Assembly: GCA_001595945.1 (NCBI GenBank)
Contig: LSSI01000025.1
Span: 14,550-78,549 of the forward strand
DNA from: Thermoplasmatales archaeon SM1-50
GTDB lineage: Archaea; Thermoplasmatota; E2; DHVEG-1
Direction of reading: 5' to 3'
DNA length: 64,000 nt
Positions within the stretch are counted from its first letter, which is position 1, and the number at the start of each line of letters is the position of its first letter. The translations under genes and the position numbers were made by a program. Shown here in pieces: positions 18,058 through 27,789 of the stretch. The notes below the pieces were generated by a model. The model had not been told where the DNA came from. It was given only the letters and a program-made list of their open reading frames with translations, and searched no databases.

Positions 18058-18318
18058 CCTGTCACCTTTCTTTTTATTTTGTTTCTAAACAAAATATATA
18101 AACGGTTTTGTTTCTTATGATTTATATAGCTACTCTGTTAAAATGTCATTTTATGAAAAAACAAAACATAAAAGCTTATAAATGCACTTGAATTTTCTTC
18201 ATAAAAATACCTTTTTATCATCGAAAAAGATGTATCATTCATTACATCGATAGTAATATATATATTATAAATCTATTTTTATGATATTTACTAGGGCGGT
18301 CTCCCCTGTGAACACACT

Positions 18319-19548
18319 ATGAAAAAACTCATCGTATCCATCATCCTAGCCATACTTTTTATTATCAATATCGTTGTTGCCGCTTTCATATTTGTCGATA
18401 TCCAGGTACTTACTTTTCCTCAGACAACGCTTCGTATCGATGTCGTCGAAATAAACTCTGATGAAATCATCATCCGCCATGACCTTCAATTATTTAACCC
18501 AAACTCTTTTGAGATGATCCTACGGGACTTTCAGATTGTCGCGACAACAACAGAAGGAGAAGAGGTTACAAATCTCACTATCGAAGGAGGTGCTATCCCC
18601 GGTCAATCCTATCGAAATTTCACTGGGAGCGGTCTTATTATCATGAAAGGTAACCTCTCTGGATTACTAAGCAGTAAAGTAACAGGGATTATCGGTCTGA
18701 ACTTCCTAGGTGTTGTCAAAAAGACTGTTCCCCTTGAGCTTACTGTCCTTACGTCCCTAAAGGACGCTCTGAAGAAGATAGCGCTGCCTACTATTGGTAT
18801 CCGGGCTGAATTTGGAAACATTACTCGACATGCAATCAACATCACGACATATTTGGATGTCTCAAACCCAAACCCTTTTGGCATGTCTGTTCAAGCATTT
18901 AACCTTAACATCACCACTGAAACAGGGAGAACTGTTGGCAGTTTCACAATCGCGGGCTCCCAGATCCCTGCAGAAACCACGGTAACCCTCAAAGGCTTTG
19001 GTTCTGTTCTAATTGAGGCGCTGAACGCAAAAAAACTGGTAATTAACCTTTTCGCGAAGGCTGGTGCAAACATCGCCGGTATCAACAAATCACTACCAAT
19101 CTCAGTTGATATCGAAATAGTCATTCCTGATTTCAATGAATTCATCCCTGCAAACACACCCCTTGAGCTCTCATTAGGTGTTGATCTGCAGCGAGTACGC
19201 GGCGGACTGAAAGGCAACATGAGCCTTGAGGTGTACAACCCAACAAAAATACCGTTGATCGCATCAGATATCGTCGTGTTCTACTACGGAGTGAAGAATA
19301 AACAGAAATACTTCATCACGGAAGGATCACTTACTTCAGGGGAGCTTACCCCCAAAAATACGACGATTCTTTATGGAGATATCATTCTCAAGTACATGAA
19401 ACTTCTGAGTTTTTCAGGTGGTGGATTTTTACCAGATATGGTTTTTGCGCAATTACGTGCCAATCTTTCCCTCCCTGGCGTAAATCTCACCATCCCAGTA
19501 GCTATCGGCACCTACATCGATTTTGAGCCACTCCGCCCCTCAAGATAG
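18319..19548 (+). CDS. Membrane-anchored protein with three LEA_2 / WHy-like repeats
   Basis: N-terminal TM anchor, then three ~120-aa repeats each with the NPN motif characteristic of LEA14/WHy domains: LFNPNSFEM, VSNPNPFGMSV, VYNPTKIPL. Confidence 0.5.
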   Translation: MKKLIVSIILAILFIINIVVAAFIFVDIQVLTFPQTTLRIDVVEINSDEIIIRHDLQLFNPNSFEMILRDFQIVATTTEGEEVTNLTIEGGAIPGQSYRNFTGSGLIIMKGNLSGLLSSKVTGIIGLNFLGVVKKTVPLELTVLTSLKDALKKIALPTIGIRAEFGNITRHAINITTYLDVSNPNPFGMSVQAFNLNITTETGRTVGSFTIAGSQIPAETTVTLKGFGSVLIEALNAKKLVINLFAKAGANIAGINKSLPISVDIEIVIPDFNEFIPANTPLELSLGVDLQRVRGGLKGNMSLEVYNPTKIPLIASDIVVFYYGVKNKQKYFITEGSLTSGELTPKNTTILYGDIILKYMKLLSFSGGGFLPDMVFAQLRANLSLPGVNLTIPVAIGTYIDFEPLRPSR

Positions 19549-19679
19549 TCCTATTATAAACCAAAAAAACTACACAATAAAATATATATTATTTCTTTTA
19601 TTTTATATGATTTCCCACGAATAGAAAACTACAAATATGACGTAATAAATAGCTTATAAATATCAGATGCGAGGGAGTT

Positions 19680-22190
19680 ATGGCTGGGATTATACAATCA
19701 ACAATCCGATTCTTAAAGAGAAACATAAAAAAATTTTATATTATCACTATAATTTTTATACTATTTTTCAGTATTTTTCCACCAGTTCCAAATACACAAA
19801 TGCTTTCAAGGCGCCCTACATTACCAATCGAATCGCTTACAAAAACATCTAATGCACTTGCCGAAAAAACAGCGATTCCAATCGACAATACACCAGAACA
19901 AAAAAATATCAAAAACCAGGAACTACAAACGAACAAGTATATTGAGAAAAACACATCGGCCGTCCCCTGGTGGAACACCAACTGGCATTACCGCAGAACC
20001 TATAACGTCACCGGAGTAGGAAACATATCCCTCCCAATCAATTTTACCGCAATTCTTGCATCGTTACGAGTAATCAACAAAACATTTGACAACGCCAGCA
20101 TTCATATCATTAAACACCATACGAACAACACCATGGACGTTGTCAATGCAACTTGGTTTAATGAAAGCAGCGTCTTTAACAATACAACCAACGCGGTGGG
20201 CACCCTTTTATGGAATGCGTCAGAATCTTCAGTCTATGCAGTGTATTTTGATGTCATCGAAAACAGAGGAACCCGCAACTCAACAGCCGAAACCCTCACC
20301 CTAACACCCTCAGGAAATATCCACACCTCTTTATTATCAACCCATGGCTGGTGGCCTGAGTTTCTCACGACCTTTACGACATACTATCCACTCAACACGA
20401 CACTAACCATAAGCGTGAAAACAACCGCCCTGGCAAAAAATATGACTGCGTATTTCTACTGCAACGACCAACCTCAGTTTACCATGACATTTAACACGCT
20501 AGAAAATCTCATCTGGGCCATCGTCACAAAAAACCTTTCGAAAATAGGGGATTGGACAATACGTATCAAAGGATATGACGACGCCGGGTACCAAACCGCT
20601 CCACTAACAACTGGTTTTTACATCGGCCAACCTGATCTTAATGTCTCTGCGCTCACCTTGCCATCCGTATGTTACATCGGCTATAATGTCACAGTCACCA
20701 CAAACATCCTTGCATTCAACACCACAGTTAAACATGTAAACGTCTCACTTTTTGTTAACAATATCCTCAATACAACCCAACAAAACCTCACAATCAAAAA
20801 AAACGAAAACAAAACTCTTCAGTTCTTCTGGAAACCTACGAACAAAGGACAGCATGACATCTCTGTTCAGATTAACTACACTGATTCAAACCCAGGGAAC
20901 AACGAGAGATGGGAGAGAGTCACGGTCGAAGGTATCCCTGATATCATAGTTCTGAATATCTCAGTGGAACCCACCCCAGTTTATGAGGGAAACCAGGTGA
21001 ACGTTACGACTACCATCTACAACACCGGTGATGGAAACGCAACCAACTACGAAATAGTCCTGTATTGTGAGCAAAACGAGAATAATCACACTATGAATTA
21101 TATTGACAAAAAGGACCAAGCAACAATAACCCTGAACAAAAATCAATATGCAAATGTGACCCTAAACTGGAAGAACACTCAATATGGAAAAACCAGTTTT
21201 CGTGGAGAATGGGCAGTAGGCATCCAGATCCATAACACTACACAAACACCGGATAAAAACGATACGAACAACAAAAAAGCACTATTCCATGTCCTGCGTG
21301 TAATACCCGCGGAACGTACCCCGCCGCTTCTCTCCAATCTCGAATACCCGGCAACACAGGAACAAGGAAAGCAGGTTCTCATCAAGGTCAAAGCCACCGA
21401 TCAATCAGGTATCAATACGGTTACTATTTTGATTAATACTCCAAACAAAACCGTTATCAACAGAACAATGACCGCAACACTAAACCACCGATATGAGTAT
21501 TTCTTTGATGCCGTACAGCTGGGCAGACATAACTTTTCCATCAACGCTACTGACCTTTCACCTTTTAAAAATAGCTCAGTTATTGATGGATTTTTTATCG
21601 TTACTGACGACAGGACACCACCGACTATCACGTATTTTGGCGTCAATCCCATTGTACAATTGTCAGATAAATTAGTGGAGATCCGTTGTATCGCTACTGA
21701 TTTCTCAGGAGTAATTTCTGTTGAGGTGACACTCTTGTTCCCGGATAACCGATCAGAGGTCCACCCGATGCACACCATTCCCCCAGATACGAAATACGTG
21801 TACATAAAAACATATGAGCATATTGGTAAATACGTTTTTACCCTTACAGTAGAAGACGCAAAAGGAAACAAAAGAATCACTGAGGAAAAAACATTTTGGA
21901 TCACCAATGATTTAAATGATACCGACAGTGACGGCATACCAGACGGATGGGAGCTCCGCTATGGATTTGACCCCTATGACCCTATCGATGCAGGATTGGA
22001 TGCTGATAATGACGGTCTTACCAACCTTCAAGAATATCGGCAAGGAACCGACCCCTTAAAACAGATCTCCTCTTCCTCTGAGTTCCTCGAACGATTGCAG
22101 CAGAATATAGCATACCTCGTTGCATCAATCCTGGTTTTTCTCGTCATCGTAATCCTTGCTTTGTATGGGCTGCGGAGGCGGAAAACTTGA
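19680..22190 (+). CDS. Large N-glycosylation-rich surface protein with CARDB-like domains, thrombospondin-type-3-like Asp repeats and a C-terminal TM anchor
   Basis: 836 aa with an N-terminal TM/signal segment and dozens of N-x-S/T sequons. CARDB-type strands appear in PDLNVSALTLPS and PDIIVLNISVEPTPVYEGNQVNVTTTIYNTGDGNATNYEIVLYC. There is a calcium-binding-like DTDSDGIPDGWELRYGFDPYDPIDAGLDADNDGLTNLQEYRQGTDP segment and a C-terminal hydrophobic anchor followed by RRRKT. Confidence 0.6.
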   Translation: MAGIIQSTIRFLKRNIKKFYIITIIFILFFSIFPPVPNTQMLSRRPTLPIESLTKTSNALAEKTAIPIDNTPEQKNIKNQELQTNKYIEKNTSAVPWWNTNWHYRRTYNVTGVGNISLPINFTAILASLRVINKTFDNASIHIIKHHTNNTMDVVNATWFNESSVFNNTTNAVGTLLWNASESSVYAVYFDVIENRGTRNSTAETLTLTPSGNIHTSLLSTHGWWPEFLTTFTTYYPLNTTLTISVKTTALAKNMTAYFYCNDQPQFTMTFNTLENLIWAIVTKNLSKIGDWTIRIKGYDDAGYQTAPLTTGFYIGQPDLNVSALTLPSVCYIGYNVTVTTNILAFNTTVKHVNVSLFVNNILNTTQQNLTIKKNENKTLQFFWKPTNKGQHDISVQINYTDSNPGNNERWERVTVEGIPDIIVLNISVEPTPVYEGNQVNVTTTIYNTGDGNATNYEIVLYCEQNENNHTMNYIDKKDQATITLNKNQYANVTLNWKNTQYGKTSFRGEWAVGIQIHNTTQTPDKNDTNNKKALFHVLRVIPAERTPPLLSNLEYPATQEQGKQVLIKVKATDQSGINTVTILINTPNKTVINRTMTATLNHRYEYFFDAVQLGRHNFSINATDLSPFKNSSVIDGFFIVTDDRTPPTITYFGVNPIVQLSDKLVEIRCIATDFSGVISVEVTLLFPDNRSEVHPMHTIPPDTKYVYIKTYEHIGKYVFTLTVEDAKGNKRITEEKTFWITNDLNDTDSDGIPDGWELRYGFDPYDPIDAGLDADNDGLTNLQEYRQGTDPLKQISSSSEFLERLQQNIAYLVASILVFLVIVILALYGLRRRKT

Positions 22191-22720
22191 CCGTTATCTC
22201 CCGGAGTAAATTACCGTTTATCGCCATTATCCTCTTTGCGTTTCTGGTCCTTGTTTTCTCAATTTGGGACATTCTCTATGATGAAAAATGGCTTGAGGGC
22301 ATCATCGCCCTCTACGGGATCCTTATCATCCTGTGTGTACTATTTCTGGTCTCAAAGCAGAAGAAACAACCCGATGTCGAAAAAACTGTTGACGCGTTCG
22401 AAAAATCACTTCAAGGAAAGCTACAGCATTTCAAATGTCCTTCTTGCGGGGGGATTTTTGCTATTAAGAAATCCAAACAAAACAACAAAAAATCCTTCAT
22501 GTTAACCTGCCCAGACTGTGGGACAACGGGTACAGTCCCATCACAACCAGCAAGGATTCTTGAGGAGATCCCCGATAAGAAATCGGTTCACAAACGATTT
22601 ACCTGCGACCACTGCGGAGAGTGGATGATGGTCTGGGCTGAGGGGGCAGACATCATCAACGACATTAAGGTGTACTCATGTCCGTACTGCGGGACGAAAC
22701 ACGATTTGCTTATCCGTTAG
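22187..22720 (+). CDS. Membrane-anchored multi-zinc-ribbon protein
   Basis: Two N-terminal TM helices, then CPSCGG...CPDCGTTGTVP and CDHCGEW...CPYCGTKHD ribbons. The first ribbon pair resembles the N-terminal ribbon of the heliorhodopsin (9019-9936). Its start overlaps the stop of the CARDB protein by 4 nt. Confidence 0.55.
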   Translation: MTVISRSKLPFIAIILFAFLVLVFSIWDILYDEKWLEGIIALYGILIILCVLFLVSKQKKQPDVEKTVDAFEKSLQGKLQHFKCPSCGGIFAIKKSKQNNKKSFMLTCPDCGTTGTVPSQPARILEEIPDKKSVHKRFTCDHCGEWMMVWAEGADIINDIKVYSCPYCGTKHDLLIR

Positions 22721-24549
22721 AGATGATGTCGTATCTTCACTGCCTCTCCCTGTGTTGCTTGGCTCATCTCCGTTCCGTTCATAAGCGCCACGCCAACACC
22801 ACAGAGCTGGTTGGCTTTCTCTACAAGCACTTCATCACCGATTCGTATGGATGCATCCGCTTGCTGTATCCCTGGCGCGAACACAGATCCCTTCAACGTA
22901 AAATCATCATAAATCTCTACCCAGTATTGTTTTGCATCAAGTAGCCGCTGTGCCCCTGCCATGGTTAAGGAGAGAAATCCTCGTTCCTCTGTTAACATCC
23001 CCAGTTGAGTAGTCTTATGCATGATTTTCTGATATGGATATTTCCCAGTGATTGTACAGTCGTCCATCAGAAGTGTCGCAAGAGTAAAACCAAGTTGATA
23101 GCAGGCTAGTGATTTGATGTTTTCTTGGTAACGTTGTTGAGGTTGTATTCTAGGATAGCATTGTGTCATTTCTTCCAACTCTTTAGATAATATTGCAAGG
23201 GATTCAGTTGAGGTTGGTGAATCTTTGCAGGTCACGTACGGATCTTTTATCCAATCACAGAGAAAGTCCTGCATTGCTACGGGTAGATGTACGATGGTCG
23301 CATCGTAGTGGTTTCTCTGCACATACTCCTGAAGAATGGACCGGATCATCTTTTTTTCATCATCATCCCAATACCCCGTCACTGCGATATCATACCTTGA
23401 TGCTGGGTATGTCAACTCCAGTTCCCGAGGGACAAGACCAAGTGGTGAGGTTATGATAACTTCGTGAACTACGAAGGGATTGGTGATACGTTGGAGGCAT
23501 TCTCTGAAGAGTGTATGAGATTTTGAGAACGAATATGGTTTTTTCGCTGAGCAAGGAAGCAGAAGCAATATTTTTGTGCTTTCCGGTTTTTCAAACCGAT
23601 GAAGGACTCTTTCTTGGAATCTCCTAATTTCAGGTCGTGCTAATGCATCTTTTGTCGTTGCAATCAATGGTTGTTTGCGGACAACTGGCGTCCGTTCTTC
23701 TAGATATCGATAGTATCTGAGGTCAAGGATACGTAACAGTGACGCTAGATGCGGGCTGCTGCGTACACGTGTTTCAACCAGCTCCCGTAATGATCCTGTT
23801 GCAATCGCGTTTCGCACCTGTTTTATCTCATGGTTAAGCGTAAAGTAGTTATGCTGAAGGATCTCCTTGTAATTCATCACCGTAGCATCGTTTGATGAAA
23901 AGCATGATGGGCAGCTGCAGGGAAGCTCGGGAAGATTGTTTTTTCTGAACAAACCATTTGGGAAGAGAAATGTTTCGTTTCTAGCTGCCATACAGGCGGA
24001 GAAGGAATCAAAGAAATCAACACCAAGGTAGGTGAGAAATGCAATGGACGTCGGGTCTCCAACACAGGGTAGATAGATGAGTTTTTGATACCCGATCTGT
24101 TCTCGAAGTTTTGTGATGAAATCAACAAAATCTGTTTGTTGCATGAACAGCTGGGTCGCATATGCGACGATGAAAAGCTTTGTATCGTTGTTCTTTGTCA
24201 GCTTGGGTATCAGTTCTTTTTTTGCAGGTATAATAGTAATCTCGGGATGTTTCTTCTGCAGAGATGCGCTGAGATGCAAGTCCGCAGGTACGTCTTTTGC
24301 ATAAAGAAGATAGTGGTGTAAGCAGTGGTTTTTCTGTGTTTTTGTTGATGAAAAAAGACTTTCTCCGATTTGTATATAAGGTTTTTTTGTTTGAATCCTT
24401 TTGTTTGTCAGTAGGATATCAGAGAATGCTGGTGCGTTGTATCTAGTGGTGTGCAAAAAGAAAATATTTGGCGTCACAATGGTATTTGTGTCAAGAGTAA
24501 GGTGCCCGATTCTGGCAGGCCCGTCTCTTATACATACTCGGAAGTTCAT
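22717..24549 (-). CDS. arcS: Archaeosine synthase / archaeal tRNA-guanine transglycosylase family protein with a C-terminal PUA domain (ArcS-like)
   Basis: N-terminus IRDGPARIGHLTLDTNTIVTPNIFFL matches the arcTGT/ArcS start. CSCPSC zinc motif. Middle region with PCSAKKPYSFSKSH (ArcS-type). C-terminal PUA-like GDEVLVEKANQLCGVGVALMNGTEMSQATQGEAVKIRHH. Confidence 0.7.
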   Translation of the reverse strand: MNFRVCIRDGPARIGHLTLDTNTIVTPNIFFLHTTRYNAPAFSDILLTNKRIQTKKPYIQIGESLFSSTKTQKNHCLHHYLLYAKDVPADLHLSASLQKKHPEITIIPAKKELIPKLTKNNDTKLFIVAYATQLFMQQTDFVDFITKLREQIGYQKLIYLPCVGDPTSIAFLTYLGVDFFDSFSACMAARNETFLFPNGLFRKNNLPELPCSCPSCFSSNDATVMNYKEILQHNYFTLNHEIKQVRNAIATGSLRELVETRVRSSPHLASLLRILDLRYYRYLEERTPVVRKQPLIATTKDALARPEIRRFQERVLHRFEKPESTKILLLLPCSAKKPYSFSKSHTLFRECLQRITNPFVVHEVIITSPLGLVPRELELTYPASRYDIAVTGYWDDDEKKMIRSILQEYVQRNHYDATIVHLPVAMQDFLCDWIKDPYVTCKDSPTSTESLAILSKELEEMTQCYPRIQPQQRYQENIKSLACYQLGFTLATLLMDDCTITGKYPYQKIMHKTTQLGMLTEERGFLSLTMAGAQRLLDAKQYWVEIYDDFTLKGSVFAPGIQQADASIRIGDEVLVEKANQLCGVGVALMNGTEMSQATQGEAVKIRHHL

Positions 24550-24595
24550 TTGTTCACTGATAGTACTTCCCCCTTAAGAACATTTAGATATATTG

Positions 24596-26146
24596 TTAAT
24601 GTCGGAAATATCTCTGTCCCGTAAACACCATCGTGATCCCTTGTTCATTTACTGCTTGGATGACTTCCGTATCACGGATTGAACCACCTGGTTGAACGAT
24701 TGCTTTAACCCCTGCCCGTGCTGCGACATCAACAGCATCCCTGAAGGGAAAGAACGCGTCGCTAGCCATAATCGACCCTTTGATATTCTCATTGCCCTTA
24801 TGCGTCGCAATCCAAGTGGCATCCACCCTGGAGGTCTGACCACCGCCGATGCCAACCGTCCGTAATCCCTTGACAAATACCACAGAGTTAGATTTTATGT
24901 GTTTAACGCATTTCACAGCAAAATCCATTGACTCCAGGTCTTTCTTGGAAGGTTTCTTAGTTGACACCACCTTCCAGGTCTCAGGGTTTGCAAACCAGAC
25001 ATCCCGCTCCTGAATAAGAAATCCTCCGACCACACTACGGATATCCAGACCTGTTCTTTTCACTTGCTTTTCCAGCCCCTGAAGCGTTAACAACCTGAGA
25101 TTTTTCTTCCCCTCAAAAACCGCTACTGCATCCTTAGCAAAGCCTGGAGCAACAATCACCTCAAGATAATACTTAGAAAGTTCCAAAGCGACCTCTTTGT
25201 GAAGCTCCCTATTAAACGCCACGATGCCACCAAATGGTGAATAGACATCGGTGGCATAGGCGTGATTCCATGCCTGAAGAAGGCTAGCTGCACTTGCGAT
25301 ACCACAAGGGGTTGCGTGTTTGATGATTACGCAGGAGGGTTTGGTGAATTCCTTGATACATTCGATTGCACAGTTCGCATCTAGGATGTTGTTAAACGAC
25401 AGGTCCTTTCCCTGCAGCTGCAGTGCGTTAGCGACACAGGGTTCCTTTGGCGCTGGAACCGCTTGGTAAAACGCGCCTTTCTGATGAGGGTTTTCCCCAT
25501 AACGCATATCCTGAATCTTCCGCATGGTAACGGTACAGCTCCTAGGTAAACGTTCATCAGTCCATCGGTTTCCCAGATACTCTGCGATGACCGCATCATA
25601 CTGGGCGGTATGCGCGTATGCTTGGATCGCCAAACGCTCCCGATGTTCTAGTGAAATCCCCGTTTTTGATGAAAGAGCAGCAATGATCTTCTGGTACTGT
25701 GTCGGTTCCGTTACTACCACAACATCCCTGTAGTTCTTCGCTGCCGCCCGGATGAGGGTTGGCCCTCCGATGTCAATATTCTCGATGACATCCTTTAAGT
25801 TAACCATGGGTTTTTGAATGGTTTCCTCAAAAGGATATAGGTTACAGACGACAAAATCAATCTTCTTGATAGCATGATCTTTGAGTGTTTTCAGATGTTT
25901 TTTATTATCGCGTCTTGCCAGTATACCAGCATGGATGATTGGATGAAGGGTCTTGACCCTGCCATCCAGCATCTCGGGAAAGCCCGTTACATCGGAGACC
26001 TCGGTAAACGGGACCCCTGCTTGTCGTAAAACCGCAGCGGTACCACCTGTTGAAAGAATATGAAATCCTCGTTTTGCTAATGCATTTGAAAAATTAACAA
26101 CGCCTTCTTTGTTGTAGACGCTGACCAGTGCGTATCGGTGTTCCAT
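24596..26146 (-). CDS. purH: Bifunctional AICAR formyltransferase / IMP cyclohydrolase
   Basis: N-terminal MGS-like domain ALVSVYNKEGVVNFSNALAKRGFHILSTGGTAAVLRQAGVPFTEVSDVTGFPEMLDGRVKTLHPIIHAGILARR. The track ORF extends to 26215 with a basic 23-aa leader; the start at MEHRY (26146) is more likely. Confidence 0.9.
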   Translation of the reverse strand: MEHRYALVSVYNKEGVVNFSNALAKRGFHILSTGGTAAVLRQAGVPFTEVSDVTGFPEMLDGRVKTLHPIIHAGILARRDNKKHLKTLKDHAIKKIDFVVCNLYPFEETIQKPMVNLKDVIENIDIGGPTLIRAAAKNYRDVVVVTEPTQYQKIIAALSSKTGISLEHRERLAIQAYAHTAQYDAVIAEYLGNRWTDERLPRSCTVTMRKIQDMRYGENPHQKGAFYQAVPAPKEPCVANALQLQGKDLSFNNILDANCAIECIKEFTKPSCVIIKHATPCGIASAASLLQAWNHAYATDVYSPFGGIVAFNRELHKEVALELSKYYLEVIVAPGFAKDAVAVFEGKKNLRLLTLQGLEKQVKRTGLDIRSVVGGFLIQERDVWFANPETWKVVSTKKPSKKDLESMDFAVKCVKHIKSNSVVFVKGLRTVGIGGGQTSRVDATWIATHKGNENIKGSIMASDAFFPFRDAVDVAARAGVKAIVQPGGSIRDTEVIQAVNEQGITMVFTGQRYFRH

Positions 26147-26177
26147 TACTCTTACCCAAGGAGGATAGGAACAATGC

Positions 26178-26951
26178 TCATAAACATTTGGGTCGTGTTT
26201 TTTCCTCTTTCTCAATTGCTTCCAGAAGACTTAGCTCTCCGGTCAGTACCCGTAGTGCGGTTTCCTCTGAGATCGTAAATCTCCCCTCGCTTACCTGCCG
26301 ACTCTGTTTTTGTATGTTTTTAATCGCACCCCGTGATGTTTCGATAGGAAGGATGGATTGCACCCTGCCACCTGAAAGAAGAGCTATAGCTGCTGCTGCT
26401 TCGCTATCTCGTATACTTCGTCGCTTCTGCTGCGTCGGTGTGGTCCTAGTCTCATCAACAATTTCTATAGAAACTTGCAACGGGATAAGGGAGTTGATAA
26501 TACGGTTTCTGTTGATAATCGACCCATGTCCAACGCGGATATAGGTCTCCTTTGACGGATAACACCGTAAGAAACGCTTTATCTCCAAAGCAACCTGCTC
26601 AGGGCCTTCTACCTGTATCTTCTGAAGTAAAATATCATCGCACACGATTGCGACTCCAGGACGTTCCCCTGGATCGACACCAATAAAGATTTTGGAGTAA
26701 AGTTCTTTCCCCGTCAGTTTCTGTAATGCAAGATCAATTGCATGATCAATTGAGTCATATGCATCTGCAGCGACTTTCTTTCTTGTAGATATCTCTCGCA
26801 GTTCTTTTTCGGATGTCAAGATAACGCCGATTCTTCTGGGAGGGTCATCTAGTGATGCTAAGGAAACATACGCAATGTTTCGTTTCTTCAACGCCTTAAT
26901 GATATCATGGTACAAGGAAAAATCTTTGGTGTACACACCTAAGGTTTTCAT
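26178..26951 (-). CDS. Hypothetical protein with an RNase H-fold (RuvC/YqgF-like) nuclease motif
   Basis: The segment IFIGVDPGERPGVAIVCDD resembles the first catalytic strand (GxDxGxxxxGxA) of RuvC/YqgF-type resolvases. The remainder is unassigned. Confidence 0.35.
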   Translation of the reverse strand: MKTLGVYTKDFSLYHDIIKALKKRNIAYVSLASLDDPPRRIGVILTSEKELREISTRKKVAADAYDSIDHAIDLALQKLTGKELYSKIFIGVDPGERPGVAIVCDDILLQKIQVEGPEQVALEIKRFLRCYPSKETYIRVGHGSIINRNRIINSLIPLQVSIEIVDETRTTPTQQKRRSIRDSEAAAAIALLSGGRVQSILPIETSRGAIKNIQKQSRQVSEGRFTISEETALRVLTGELSLLEAIEKEEKTRPKCL

Positions 26952-26999
26952 CCGATCAAACTATCGTATAGGTTAAATATATATGTTTCCCTGACAGCC

Positions 27000-27749
27000 T
27001 TATGTAAAAAAGTCGGTAAGTAATGTCCCGCGGATGAACATCCCGCTTAAAAACAACACAGAGACCGAGAATAACACAAACCATACGATCTCGTTCCACT
27101 GCAGCACTTTTTTTCCATCAAGAGGACCAAATGGCAATAAATTAAAAACAGCAAGCAGAAGATTCACCAGACAGATAAACCCGACAAGGGTCCCCCAGAA
27201 CCCCATGGTTTTAAACAAGAAATGATACAAGACATAGGTTACCACCGCGATAGCGAGATTTGAGGACGCTCCTGCAGCAGCGATTCTCCCGATCACTGAT
27301 AGTCGTGCATCCCCACGGAACATCACTGCGCCAGGAGCAGCAAACACAAGCCCGGTAAAAAACGCGATAATAACGGATACCAGCAAACCCCGAGGGTACA
27401 TGCGGAACTCAGACCACAACCCGTATTTTTGGGCGACAAATTTATGGGAAAGCTCATGGACGACAAACGCAGTTACAATCCCTAAAAACGCGATGGGCAT
27501 AAAAAAGAAATACGAAGTAATATCAATAGGGGATCCTAAAAGAAAAAAAAGAAGATTGTTTTTCGAAAACGTAAAAGAAAACACAACAGTAAGGATACCA
27601 ATGGCCATAACAAGATGCTCTAGTTCAACCCTGCTAAACGACCCTGGTTTTCCCACCTGTAGGCTGCCCTGCGGGACGTACATATACTCCCGAGGAGACA
27701 GATCATGAAAGGAAGTGTAGAATTTCCGTTCTTCAGACATGATGGTCAT
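27000..27749 (-). CDS. Site-2-protease-like M50 family membrane zinc metalloprotease
   Basis: Polytopic membrane protein with the intramembrane HExxH motif FVVHELSHKFVAQKYG and a downstream LDG-containing helix (LLPFGPLDGKKV), as in M50 peptidases. Confidence 0.7.
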   Translation of the reverse strand: MTIMSEERKFYTSFHDLSPREYMYVPQGSLQVGKPGSFSRVELEHLVMAIGILTVVFSFTFSKNNLLFFLLGSPIDITSYFFFMPIAFLGIVTAFVVHELSHKFVAQKYGLWSEFRMYPRGLLVSVIIAFFTGLVFAAPGAVMFRGDARLSVIGRIAAAGASSNLAIAVVTYVLYHFLFKTMGFWGTLVGFICLVNLLLAVFNLLPFGPLDGKKVLQWNEIVWFVLFSVSVLFLSGMFIRGTLLTDFFT

Positions 27750-27789
27750 CCAGATTGCAACGAGGTATTCAAAACAAAGATAAAAACAT

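Noticed and set aside
24649-25733. Short ORFs within purH on both strands
   Set aside because: Embedded in a highly conserved PurH coding region.
26128-26544. A 138-aa plus-strand ORF and the 23-aa N-terminal extension of purH (26147-26215)
   Set aside because: The plus ORF is antisense to the 26178-26951 gene. The purH extension (MRKRKKHDPNVYEHCSYPPWVRV) is absent from PurH homologs, and an internal Met starts the conserved domain.
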